The translations under genes were made by a program, and so were the position numbers. A stretch of 64,000 nucleotides of DNA from IMG/VR virus record IMGVR_UViG_3300045988_144682, one strand, 5' to 3'. This DNA is from a virus. Of the stretch, positions 20,384 through 30,088 are shown one piece after another; the stretch's first letter is position 1; each line of letters begins with the position of its first letter. Under the pieces are notes generated by a model. That model was not told the DNA's origin. It saw only the letters and a list, made by a program, of their open reading frames with translations, and searched no databases.

Positions 20384-22541
20384 ACCCATAGAGGGCAAAT
20401 TCTTTACCAAAATTTTTAATTAGTGCTACGATTCCAACACCAGCACCTATTGTTCCCAAAGTACCAATGTGGTCGATTACTGTAGTAATTGCTTCCGCAA
20501 TTTCTGTCAGACCAGAAACTACGCCTTTTACGAAACCAGAATCTAAGAAAGAATTTGAAAGTCCTTCCCATGCAGCTTTGAGCTGATTTACTCTTGCTTC
20601 GATAGAATCCATGTATTTTTCGTGTTCTTGCATTGCAGAACCTTCAGAATTCATGGATACATCAAGGGCTTGTCTTGCAATATCAAAGTTCTCCATAAGA
20701 GATGCCATTACATTACCTTGATGTTTTCCGGCAAGCAATTCAGTAATACTTGCCTGTTGAATATCCGTTAAGTCTTTCCATTTCTGAGATAACTCGTCCA
20801 TGATTTGATATGTAGACTTAAAGGTATTTTTATCAAGCATAATATCTACACCTGATAATGCTTTTATTTCTGCTTGAAGTTTAGCGGTAGATTCTGCCAT
20901 ACCATCTGTTTCTAAACCAGCTTCTTCAAGCTCAGTTGTTGCGCCACGTATACGCATTGAGATCGTCTTAAACGCATTACCGACTCTTGGAGCATCCTGA
21001 ACTACTGTATTAGCAGCAGTAATTAACGCTATGGTTTCATCAAGAGTATTATTTGCAGCAGCCATTGAAGATGCGGATCTTGTTAAGGCATCACCAATAC
21101 CGCCGGAACTGATAGCAAATCTGTTACCTACTTCATTGAATTTATCAACAATAGAAATAGCATCATTGGCTTGTATACCGAATGCTTGCATTGTTGAAAT
21201 TACACTGGAACTTGCTTCATCAATGCCAGAAATTTCGTCACCAACAACACTATAGATATTGGCAACTTCTGAAAGCTGTGTAGCGTCAGCCATTGAGTAA
21301 CCAAGTCGTGCAAAGTTAGCTGTTGAATTTACATAGTCGGTAATAGTCGTGCCAAGTTCTACAGAACGCTTTGAAGCATTTGTAAGAAAGCTAGAATAAG
21401 CGGAGTCCGTTTCATCTGTAACTTTCTTCAATTCTGTCATGGCACTATCAATATTTACTACATTTGAATACATATCTTTCAATCCACGAATGGCGGTGTT
21501 AATCATAGCCCCCATACCAAACAAAGGACTAAGACTTGTCATATTGTCTTTTAATGTAGCAAATACGCCCTTGCCGAGACTTCCAGACGCAGCAGCAGTA
21601 GTTTTTAATTCTGTAAATTGTCTATTTACATCTTTAAGTGCGCTACCAGTAGTGGCATTAGCCAAAGCTGTTTGTATATCTTTCAGTTCATTCTTGTACT
21701 TTCTAGCAGCTATCGTATTTTTGTTCATCCAGGTTTCAATTTGATTACCCAAAACTGTTCTCTGAGATAACAATTGCTGTGATGCTGCAAGAGAATCATT
21801 TTCTGCCTTTGCTTCTTTATAAGCAAGTTTAAGTTTTCCAACTTCTTGTGTTATTCTGTCAAATTCAGCTTGTTGTTTATCTAGTCCAGATATATTACCA
21901 ATACCAGCTAATTCAGATTTTAATTTTGACAGTTCTGCAGAATAACTATTTGTATCACCTTTCAGCTTTACAAACCCAGCATTAAGTGATGCAATATCGG
22001 AGTTTAATTTTGACACATCCGCACCAGTAAACATCTGCCTAAAAGATTCACGTACTCTGGAAGACGTATTTATCAAATCACCAGTTTGTGCGCTGAATGA
22101 TTGCATAGCTGTTACTGCACGACCTAAATCATCCACACCAGTTACAGTAACATTTAAGCGATCACCGTTTAATTCGTGACTTATGCCAGTTACAGTAACT
22201 TTTAAATTATCCAATTCCTTTGTAATATTGGATATGGAACTTTTATTAAAACCAAAATTCTGCAATGAATTTTGTAGATTTTTTATTTCTGTTTTCGTTC
22301 TACTTAAATCAATACTGTTTAAAGACGCATTAGCATTTCTGGCGAAATTATTGCCAGCAACATTACCAGCCTGACCAAATTGTGATTTTATCTGATTCAA
22401 ATAGCCGTTTATATTTCCATTTTTGGACACCAAATTTACATCAACATCAATTTTGTGCTTTGCATTTGTGAAAGCATTCATTTGTTGCTGTGCCTTGGCG
22501 GTATCAAGCTCCGCTATAACGTGAGCAATAAAATCTGACAT
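20384..22541 (-). CDS. tape measure protein, exon 1 (TP901-type core)
   Basis: GGAGG RBS. Contains the TP901-family TMP core (…LGYSMADATQLSEVANIYSVVGDE…NRFAISSGGIGDAL…). The genomic ORF runs on to a TAA at 20364, inside the proposed intron. Confidence 0.8.
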
Positions 22542-22555
22542 AACTTCACCTCCCC

Positions 22556-22984
22556 TTATCTAAAGAAACTACTAAATGTACTGTCTAAGTCAGATTGAAT
22601 TTTCTGTTCTGATCTTGCCCAGAAACCAGAACGACCTTTGATATTTGCTGTACCAGCTTCGGCAGCATCAAATACCATAGGGGTTGAAAAATAACTTGAA
22701 AATCCTTTTTCTATAAAGTCTGGATTTGGAACTACATAACTGTAAGTTCTATCCAACCAAATATAGAAATGAACATTTTTTCCGTATTTAGAAACACCAT
22801 AGTTCCTAACACTTTTTCCAAGTTTTCCAGTTCTTTTATAAATACTAGGAGAACCCTGCGAATAGAAAGACTGGACTTCGTTCTCTGTATCTTTGAGAGA
22901 TTTTGAATGTACAACCGTCATGGCTTTTTGCATCTCATTCAAGATCAACTGTTCAAGTTCTGCCATGCTATTTGCTTTTTTCAT
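22556..22984 (-). CDS. HK97 gp10-like tail/neck component candidate
   Basis: 142-aa ORF with GGAGG RBS. The YKRTGKLGKSV motif resembles the gp10 family. Call is weak. Confidence 0.4.
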   Translation of the reverse strand: MKKANSMAELEQLILNEMQKAMTVVHSKSLKDTENEVQSFYSQGSPSIYKRTGKLGKSVRNYGVSKYGKNVHFYIWLDRTYSYVVPNPDFIEKGFSSYFSTPMVFDAAEAGTANIKGRSGFWARSEQKIQSDLDSTFSSFFR

Positions 22985-23010
22985 GGTAGTCCTCCTTTAT
23001 TATTGCTTAT

Positions 23011-24045
23011 TTATAGATCACTTAAAGACGAACTCTTACCTTCCACAATTCCATCTTTTGTGAAATACTTACTGAATTCTTCGGAAACCTCACTATCGTT
23101 GTAGAGATTAACCATGTCCGAACTACTCCATCCGAAAAATTCCTGAACAACATTTGCCGGGATATTCAGCTTCAATAATTTTGTGTTGAGATAATGTCTC
23201 ATGCAGTGCCAGTAAAAATCCACACCTAATTCATTTGAGAAGATGTTCGCCCAACTATCAAGAGTACTGACTTTCATTTGTGCATAAGAACCATCACCAC
23301 ATCTATGTACAAAAAGCCATTCGCTCTCAATGCCTTGTTTCTTACGTTGTTCCATCCATAAATCAAGGTATTTCTTAAACTCATAAAGCACATATTTATT
23401 GAGCTGTTTACCTGTTTTACCAGCTCCCTTAGTTTTGATCTTAGGAGTCTTATATAAACCACCATAAACAATATTGTTCTCATCGAAGTATTCAACTTTG
23501 AATCTCAACAATTCTGATTTTCTAGCACCACTCATTGCAGCCAAAGCAAAAGCACATGCCTGTTGGTATCGTTCTTCACTAACCAATTTATCTAAGAATT
23601 TATCTACGTCATCATCTGGGATAATGGTTTTCTCACGAACAGCTTCGTTCTTCGGGGATTCAATCTTTCCAATAATGGATCGGAAATTCTCAAAATCTTC
23701 GTCTTCGTCCTGTAAAATATTTTCAATATAATTTGACATGCTACTGATAGCAGATTTTACCCTACGAATTCTTTTCGGACTCCAACCCCATTCATTGATT
23801 GCATATCCCTGGAATCGTGCAAGCTCACGTTTCTTGATATCAACAAAAAATTTATTGTTGTTGTACTCTAAGTTCCAGCAGAAGAAAATTTCTAGGTCGT
23901 TTCTGTACCCGTTAATTGTAGAAGGGGCACGATCAATAGACGCAAGATATTCAAGAAAATCTTCACAAAGTTGTTTATTGTTTGGATTGATTTTCTTGAT
24001 AGATTCTTCGTTTGTAATTTTGTTATAAATTGTTGTTCTACCCAT
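23011..24045 (-). CDS. tyrosine recombinase (phage integrase / XerC-D family)
   Basis: 344 aa. SAM-like N-domain (INGYRNDLEIFF). Catalytic ARKSEL (R), HCMRHY (HxxR), GWSS and LY (Tyr). Confidence 0.85.
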   Translation of the reverse strand: MGRTTIYNKITNEESIKKINPNNKQLCEDFLEYLASIDRAPSTINGYRNDLEIFFCWNLEYNNNKFFVDIKKRELARFQGYAINEWGWSPKRIRRVKSAISSMSNYIENILQDEDEDFENFRSIIGKIESPKNEAVREKTIIPDDDVDKFLDKLVSEERYQQACAFALAAMSGARKSELLRFKVEYFDENNIVYGGLYKTPKIKTKGAGKTGKQLNKYVLYEFKKYLDLWMEQRKKQGIESEWLFVHRCGDGSYAQMKVSTLDSWANIFSNELGVDFYWHCMRHYLNTKLLKLNIPANVVQEFFGWSSSDMVNLYNDSEVSEEFSKYFTKDGIVEGKSSSLSDL

Positions 24046-24071
24046 GTTACTAACCCTCTTTCTTAAAAGCG

Positions 24072-24103
24072 TAAAAAATAGAAGAGGGGAGTAACCCTCT
24101 TCT
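24072..24103 (-). terminator. intrinsic terminator between chaperone gene and recombinase gene
   Basis: Minus strand reads AGAAGAGGGTTACTCCCCTCTTCT followed by ATTTTTTAC. Confidence 0.5.
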
Positions 24104-24657
24104 TATTCGACTTTAGTATTGTCTTGTTCTTTTTGAGAATTCTCATACGCTAAAATTCCACGAACTACATCATCTTGTGGCATTTTTGCAAGCTCTGCTA
24201 CATTCTGTAGTTTATTCATGAAATCATCAGTGTTTAAATTCTCTAATGTGGAAGAATATTTATTGGCGATAGAAATTAACACCTCAAATAATTCGTCCAG
24301 TTTTGATGTATTGACAAGTTTGCTCCGCTCAAAATCAATTTTTCTTTCAGCAGCATCAATAACATCTTTTATATTAACTGTTTCTTTGATAACCTGTCCA
24401 ATGCGTGTTTTCTCGATGAAATCCGCACTTTCAGTAAAAGACTCTGGCAATGCAATATCAGTCAGATTATTTACAAGAGAAACAGCTACAAAATAATCAA
24501 ACAGAATAGGCTCATACCCTACGGTATCATTGATAACACCGTGAACGATATCATCAACAATGTCCATTTTCTGTGAAAGAGTAGGAGAGGACACATATCT
24601 AAAAACTATGTGTTTTCCGTTTAATTCAAATGTTGATTCATCAGTATATTTTCTCAT
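24103..24657 (-). CDS. tail assembly chaperone candidate
   Basis: 184-aa acidic ORF downstream of the major tail protein. Called on position and composition only. Confidence 0.45.
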   Translation of the reverse strand: MRKYTDESTFELNGKHIVFRYVSSPTLSQKMDIVDDIVHGVINDTVGYEPILFDYFVAVSLVNNLTDIALPESFTESADFIEKTRIGQVIKETVNIKDVIDAAERKIDFERSKLVNTSKLDELFEVLISIANKYSSTLENLNTDDFMNKLQNVAELAKMPQDDVVRGILAYENSQKEQDNTKVE

Positions 24658-24660
24658 AAA

Positions 24661-24957
24661 TTACACCTCTGTACTTTCTTTAGCAAACTGTGAATAGTTG
24701 TTTTCCAGGAATCTACGGCTCTTATCGGAAAGAGTTTTAGAAACACTATAAATTTCTTTGTTTTCTTTCTTGCCAATAGTATATGTACATGTAGGACACG
24801 CACAAATATTCGTACCCTCTACCCAGTTCATCGGCTGTTTACATTTCGGGCACATCAGGATTTTTTCCATGATTTCTTTAGCCTTACGTTTATTCTTCAT
24901 TGCTCTACTTTTCTCTGTATTCACATTGAACATTTTTGCTACTTCTTTAATAGTCAT
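24661..24957 (-). CDS. zinc-ribbon protein
   Basis: 98 aa with an AAGGAG RBS and CPKC..17..CPTC. Confidence 0.55.
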   Translation of the reverse strand: MTIKEVAKMFNVNTEKSRAMKNKRKAKEIMEKILMCPKCKQPMNWVEGTNICACPTCTYTIGKKENKEIYSVSKTLSDKSRRFLENNYSQFAKESTEV

Positions 24958-25023
24958 AATTTAGATCTCCTTTTGTAAACGAACTTTTTAATAATTATGG
25001 TGGATAAACATTTGTATAATTTG

Positions 25024-25085
25024 CGATAAAAAATGATACCCATTAAAAAAGCCAAAACAGTTTTTAACCTCTTTAATAGGTATCA
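25024..25085 (-). terminator. intrinsic terminator
   Basis: 14-bp stem (25034-25047 / 25072-25085, one G.U) followed on the minus strand by TTTTTTAT. Confidence 0.55.
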
Positions 25086-25122
25086 TACACAAGTGCAGTG
25101 CTTAATAAAAACACCACACTTG

Positions 25123-25305
25123 CTAACAATCCTCGTAATATTTACAATGCATTTTATCTTGATTATGTGGGATATAACAAGATTTGTCTTTACAATATCT
25201 TTGGCAGATACATAAACCTTCTGAGTTTATCTTCACACCACCAGAACAATAAATCATATTCTGCTTAGTTTTTTCATTAAGCTGAATGTATGCATATTTA
25301 CACAT
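25123..25305 (-). CDS. Cys-rich 60-aa protein
   Basis: 9 Cys residues. Start overlaps the upstream stop (TAATG). Confidence 0.4.
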   Translation of the reverse strand: MCKYAYIQLNEKTKQNMIYCSGGVKINSEGLCICQRYCKDKSCYIPHNQDKMHCKYYEDC

Positions 25306-25574
25306 TATTTCTTCTCAACTTTAAAATTCGGAGAATGAATATCTCCCGAATATTTGACAGAAATTTTATTACCAGGATTTTTTGATATACCAGTTAATTC
25401 ATACCCGAAACCATCAAAAGAAATGATAGCGGTATTAGTACGCTCATTGTATACTAATACGTCACACTCTTTGGTAAGAGATGCTTTTCGTTTCGGTGTA
25501 CTTGATTTTGTTTCAACTTTATTTTTTCCTTTATCTTGAACAATCTCAGTTGTATTTTCTTTTACATCTGTCAT
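25305..25574 (-). CDS. hypothetical protein
   Basis: 89-aa ORF with an AAGGAG RBS. Confidence 0.55.
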   Translation of the reverse strand: MTDVKENTTEIVQDKGKNKVETKSSTPKRKASLTKECDVLVYNERTNTAIISFDGFGYELTGISKNPGNKISVKYSGDIHSPNFKVEKK

Positions 25575-25594
25575 AATCTCAGCTCCTTCTTCCT

Positions 25595-25629
25595 AATAAA
25601 AATGTAGGCAGGTATAAACCCACCTACAT
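25595..25629 (-). terminator. intrinsic terminator after major tail gene
   Basis: Minus strand reads ATGTAGGTGGG-TTTATA-CCTGCCTACAT followed by TTTTTATT. Same CCTAATAAAAATG context as at 13574. Confidence 0.55.
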
Positions 25630-25642
25630 ATAGTTACTGAAA

Positions 25643-26668
25643 TTATTTTGTTACAGTGATCTCAATTGTATCTTCGAGTCCATTGTAAACGGCTTTGACT
25701 GTTGCTGTACCAGATGCAGTTGCACCACTCACAACACCCGTTTTTACACCTACAGTCAATGCAGTGTTTCCGGCATCTACGATTGAGAATGTACAATCCT
25801 TTGGATCAAGCTCTGTAGGTTTATACATAACTCCGATAATACCAAGAACTGAAAGTGTCATGTTTGCACCAGTCTTAATTGTTGTAGCCGGTGCAGAGAT
25901 AGCGATTTCAGAAACAGCCATATCTGTATTATCATCATCAATTTCAGAGATGTATGCATATACGGCACTACCATCTTCACAAGCGTCACCTTCGACAGCA
26001 AGGGCACTACCAGATAACTTTGTACTTACTACACCATCAGGTGTGAATGAGATATCAAAGTTACCGTCAAGTGAGTAAGACGGAATTACGATTTCAACGA
26101 CACCAACTTTACCTTTCTTACTGTTATGCTTGTCTGCCTGAAGAACAAGTTTTCCAATGTAAGGTGTTGATTCCGCATCAATAGTAATACGTTTTGAAAT
26201 AGCATTGTACTGATATGTACATTTTACTTTTTCAGTTGTAAGACCATATGATGTCAAGTCAATTGAAGTACCATCGGCAGTAACTTCTACGAATGTACCG
26301 TTTGGAAGTTCTACACCAACTTTTGCACCAGTCAGAGGTGTATGGTCAATTGTACCTTTTCCAGCTACAAGTGTTACGCACTCATTAAGACTATATGAAT
26401 CTTTGAGTCCTTTAGAAATTTGAGAACCAGCCTGTAAAGCAATGTACTCAAGTTTCCAGTCAGCAGCTTCAAGTTCTGCTGTAAGTTCTCTACCATATTT
26501 GTATGAGAATACTTTCTTATTACCTTTACCAGCATTTACAGCCTGTTCCTGCATAGATACAGAAATAGAAGAACTAAGGTTAGTCACTCCTGTACAAGCT
26601 AATACACCATTGATGTAAAATGCAAAGTCGGCAACTGAAACAACGAATTCTTTTCCCTTTGTATTCAT
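25643..26668 (-). CDS. major tail protein with C-terminal Ig-like (Big_2) domain
   Basis: 341 aa with GGAGG RBS. C-terminus ...TIKTGANMTLSV...GTATVKAVYNGLEDTIEITV is Big_2-like. A terminator follows. Confidence 0.7.
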   Translation of the reverse strand: MNTKGKEFVVSVADFAFYINGVLACTGVTNLSSSISVSMQEQAVNAGKGNKKVFSYKYGRELTAELEAADWKLEYIALQAGSQISKGLKDSYSLNECVTLVAGKGTIDHTPLTGAKVGVELPNGTFVEVTADGTSIDLTSYGLTTEKVKCTYQYNAISKRITIDAESTPYIGKLVLQADKHNSKKGKVGVVEIVIPSYSLDGNFDISFTPDGVVSTKLSGSALAVEGDACEDGSAVYAYISEIDDDNTDMAVSEIAISAPATTIKTGANMTLSVLGIIGVMYKPTELDPKDCTFSIVDAGNTALTVGVKTGVVSGATASGTATVKAVYNGLEDTIEITVTK

Positions 26669-26695
26669 TGCAAATTCCTCCTGATTTATAAATCA

Positions 26696-27463
26696 TCAGC
26701 CACTAATCATTTTCTTTAATGACATGGCATCTGTTTTCACATCTTTGAACTTATCGCTCTCATCAAGTTCAGTCATCCAATACTGGACGGGTTCTTTGAA
26801 TTTTACAAATCCCGTACTTTCAGCAGATTTCATAACATTGAAAATATCACGCTTATTTATTCGTTTAACATATCGCCAGAACTTACGAATAGTTAGCCCC
26901 TTAACTTTTTCTTCAGTTAAGTCCATTCCAACACAAACAGAATCAATATAATCTTCAAGAGAGGCTTTATCTTTGCCAGATATAGCATCCTGGGCTTTCT
27001 TTAATTCCTGTTCAGTGTCGTAGTGAATGAATTCATCAATGTCAAAATCAATACCATTTTGTAGGATAATAATTCTCCGAATATCATCGAACTGATCGGC
27101 GGTTATAACATTGCCATTTATTCTGAATCCCCCTTGTGTAGAACTAGCCAATACCTCTTGATCCTTAAATACAAGCTGTAAAAGACGAAGTGCAAAAGAA
27201 TAGTAGTAAGGGAGAAATGGCATGTTAAATTCTTTTGCTAATTCTACGTTGTTATGACAGTAAAATAAAAAATCAAGATATGGCATCTTGATGATTTTCT
27301 TTACTGGAAATATACTGTTTTTGCGAACAATAATACTTGACTTATATAAATTGAAATCAAGCACATTACCCATTTTTACAGGGTATAAAACTAAATCTTC
27401 GGTATAATAAATTGGTGAGCTATATATAAGGTACTGATATAAAGATTCGTTACTGATGTCCAT
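26696..27463 (-). CDS. neck/tail-completion protein candidate
   Basis: ORF trimmed to ATG 27463, which has a GAAGGA RBS. Called on position only. Confidence 0.45.
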   Translation of the reverse strand: MDISNESLYQYLIYSSPIYYTEDLVLYPVKMGNVLDFNLYKSSIIVRKNSIFPVKKIIKMPYLDFLFYCHNNVELAKEFNMPFLPYYYSFALRLLQLVFKDQEVLASSTQGGFRINGNVITADQFDDIRRIIILQNGIDFDIDEFIHYDTEQELKKAQDAISGKDKASLEDYIDSVCVGMDLTEEKVKGLTIRKFWRYVKRINKRDIFNVMKSAESTGFVKFKEPVQYWMTELDESDKFKDVKTDAMSLKKMISG

Positions 27464-27935
27464 ATGATTCCTTCTTTGCAGTAAACGTAAGTATTCTGCA
27501 TGGGTATTCATAGTACAATACTTCCTCAGTATTGCTTGCACATGTCAATTCACCAATCCAATTTGTTTCCATTCCAGATAAAGTTTTTTTCAATTCTTCA
27601 CCCAAAATATCAATAACTGTACCCGATAGATATTCCTTTGTTTTATAGCTCTGCACTCTTTGTGCCATTGCCTTTTCATGGCAGACAATATATATGACCA
27701 CTTTTATCTCTTCCAAAAAATATTGTTGGTTTCTCACATGATCGACCTTGAAACAGATGAATGGAGAGGTTTTCTCAATGGTCTTTGGATTCTGCAAATA
27801 AGGGAAAATTTTCTTATAAAGCAGACCACCACCGGCATCTATATATTCCTTATCGAGATTAAAAATAATCTCGTTATTTTCGACAATTGTATTTATTACC
27901 GCAGATTTAAAAGAGTTAATGTCAAAATCTTCCAT
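27450..27935 (-). CDS. head-tail connector candidate
   Basis: ORF trimmed to ATG 27935 (GAGG RBS). Called on position only. Confidence 0.45.
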   Translation of the reverse strand: MEDFDINSFKSAVINTIVENNEIIFNLDKEYIDAGGGLLYKKIFPYLQNPKTIEKTSPFICFKVDHVRNQQYFLEEIKVVIYIVCHEKAMAQRVQSYKTKEYLSGTVIDILGEELKKTLSGMETNWIGELTCASNTEEVLYYEYPCRILTFTAKKESYGHQ

Positions 27936-27947
27936 AATAAACCTCAT

Positions 27948-28979
27948 TTACCATAAAGCGGTAATCGTAATAACAACAGATGCCAATATTGTATCTACCG
28001 ATGAAAGAACATTTAAGTGGAATTGCTTTCCAACCAAATCACGATTGTTTTTTACAGTAACTTTTACAAAATTGTCACCAGTAGTTAATACCAAATCTTT
28101 CTCATCGAAATCATTATCAGAAATTCCCCAATGATATTCGATATCATCTACCACATTATGTTCATTGTCATAAAATGTAGCAGAGTATTTTTCAAACGAT
28201 GATAAACTGATAGTGTCAGCTTTATATGTAAGTTCGCAAGTATAACCGTACTTTTCAGTAGGCTCAACATTATTTTGTTTATAATCTGCAAGCATCATAT
28301 CAACACTGTCTGTATTTTCATCGTATACAGTTTGAGTCAATGACAAATTTAACAACTTTACATTTTTATTGTTGTTTGTTAAACCATTGAATTTTGTGAG
28401 TTTATATACCAACGGTACATCGTTGGACATTTCCAACATAAATCGCATACCGTCATGAAGCCTTCTTGTATTTTTATCCATTGGCAGTAAAAGGCTATAC
28501 TGCTTATCATAAGTGATAACAATATTTCCTTTGAAGACACCAGAACTATACCGTGTCACATCTTCACACCAATACCAATATTCAAATATTTTCTTGGTTT
28601 CTGGATCTTGCCATCGTAACTGATTGTGACAAACTTTAAGAACTGCCTTTTCATAAAATTTATTATTACTTGGTTCAGAAGCAATAATCCAAATTTCATC
28701 TTCAAAACGAATGTAAGAGTATGTTTGTAAAGTTCCAATCGGCACTAAAATTTGTCTGTCTTCAGCTTTCAATTGTGTGTCTGGCGTAACACTCTGTATA
28801 ATTGCCTTGCCGGGAGTAATAACAGAAAAATCACTGTTTATAAACTCAACATTATCGCACAACATAGTGGTATCAAGCATTTCCTTAAAACCATCTTGTG
28901 CATAAGCGAAAAATTCTTCGCCCTCAAAACCACCATTATAAATAGGTGGTTGATCCATTAAATACCAATCCACAGCCAT
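27948..28979 (-). CDS. structural protein (unknown role)
   Basis: About 343-aa ORF in the head-tail joining block. Confidence 0.45.
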   Translation of the reverse strand: MAVDWYLMDQPPIYNGGFEGEEFFAYAQDGFKEMLDTTMLCDNVEFINSDFSVITPGKAIIQSVTPDTQLKAEDRQILVPIGTLQTYSYIRFEDEIWIIASEPSNNKFYEKAVLKVCHNQLRWQDPETKKIFEYWYWCEDVTRYSSGVFKGNIVITYDKQYSLLLPMDKNTRRLHDGMRFMLEMSNDVPLVYKLTKFNGLTNNNKNVKLLNLSLTQTVYDENTDSVDMMLADYKQNNVEPTEKYGYTCELTYKADTISLSSFEKYSATFYDNEHNVVDDIEYHWGISDNDFDEKDLVLTTGDNFVKVTVKNNRDLVGKQFHLNVLSSVDTILASVVITITALW

Positions 28980-28991
28980 AAATATCACCGC

Positions 28992-29414
28992 CTATGTATA
29001 AGCTGGACATTTTTGCTTTGTGTAAAGGTCTGCAATTTTTGAATCTATTGCATCAGCTTCCGCTCTTGTGTATTTCTTTGTATCACCAGTTCCGTTAAGA
29101 CTGATATCTTTACCGATGATATTATTTAACTGATTTACACGCCTTACCTCTTGTTGCATATAGTAAGACTTCATAATCTCAGCTAGACTCAAAATGACAT
29201 AGTTTTTCAAATCACCATTATCATCGAAAGAATCTGAATCAGAAGAGGGTGGGGTAAATACTAAATCTTGTTTATCGAATCCTAAAGAATCAATATTTAG
29301 TTCATATTCACCTAATGCATTCAAGAACCATTGACGAACTAATCCGTCTGCAAGTACATACTTACATTTAATGATTGATTCAAATGCAGATACAACGTCT
29401 GTATATGATGTCAT
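28992..29414 (-). CDS. head-tail adaptor candidate
   Basis: ORF trimmed to ATG 29414, 8 nt after GGAGG. Confidence 0.45.
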   Translation of the reverse strand: MTSYTDVVSAFESIIKCKYVLADGLVRQWFLNALGEYELNIDSLGFDKQDLVFTPPSSDSDSFDDNGDLKNYVILSLAEIMKSYYMQQEVRRVNQLNNIIGKDISLNGTGDTKKYTRAEADAIDSKIADLYTKQKCPAYT

Positions 29415-29435
29415 TGAATGCACCTCCAATTATTT

Positions 29436-30011
29436 TTAATCGAGATTTAATCCACTGACTGCCTCAATTTCAGCAAGCATATAAGACGGAACTTCATCAG
29501 TGTTGACAGAAGGGTATAAGTCCTTATCTGAACACATAATTGCAATCATTTTCTTTTCTGATTCTGTTACAACCAAAGAAGAAAGTTTATCATGGAATTC
29601 TTTCTTACTCTTAGATGCGAACAAATCATTCACTGCATCCACTGTTAATTGAACCGGCGAAATATCTTCTCCGAAAACATATTCTCTTACGAGTGGATCA
29701 TTGATTTTAAAAGCAGCATGAGAGCCAAGTCCATCAACTCCGCAAAATGCAACATTTCCGACTTTAACTTGTGAATCAATCTCAGCAAGTGTTAATCTTT
29801 TATAATCTTTGATGTTCGGATCAATCTGAATTGATTTTCCATTTTCCTCAGAAACAAATCCGATAGTCCATCCACAAAGATTGTCAATAGAAACTCTATC
29901 GCTTAAAGAGAGATTGTCTACTGTACGTGTCTTTGCTTTTGTACGTGGTGTTTTTGCTTTCGTTGTCTTAGTTACAACATTTTCGCTTTTTTCAATAACT
30001 TTTTCGTCCAT
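29436..30011 (-). CDS. hypothetical structural protein
   Basis: ORF trimmed to ATG 30011 (AAGGAG RBS). Basic N-terminus. Confidence 0.45.
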   Translation of the reverse strand: MDEKVIEKSENVVTKTTKAKTPRTKAKTRTVDNLSLSDRVSIDNLCGWTIGFVSEENGKSIQIDPNIKDYKRLTLAEIDSQVKVGNVAFCGVDGLGSHAAFKINDPLVREYVFGEDISPVQLTVDAVNDLFASKSKKEFHDKLSSLVVTESEKKMIAIMCSDKDLYPSVNTDEVPSYMLAEIEAVSGLNLD

Positions 30012-30088
30012 TGATGTATAACTCCTTTTATAATAAAAGCATGGAGAAAAACAGATTTCCCCATGCTTATACATTTATTTTCGTTTAA

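Noticed and set aside
20381-20385. GTGCG at the end of TMP exon 1, resembling a group II intron 5' end
   Set aside because: I found no domain V/VI-like hairpin or same-strand IEP. The downstream sequence instead has group I R/S core elements, and the GCGA is better read as the P1 tetraloop.
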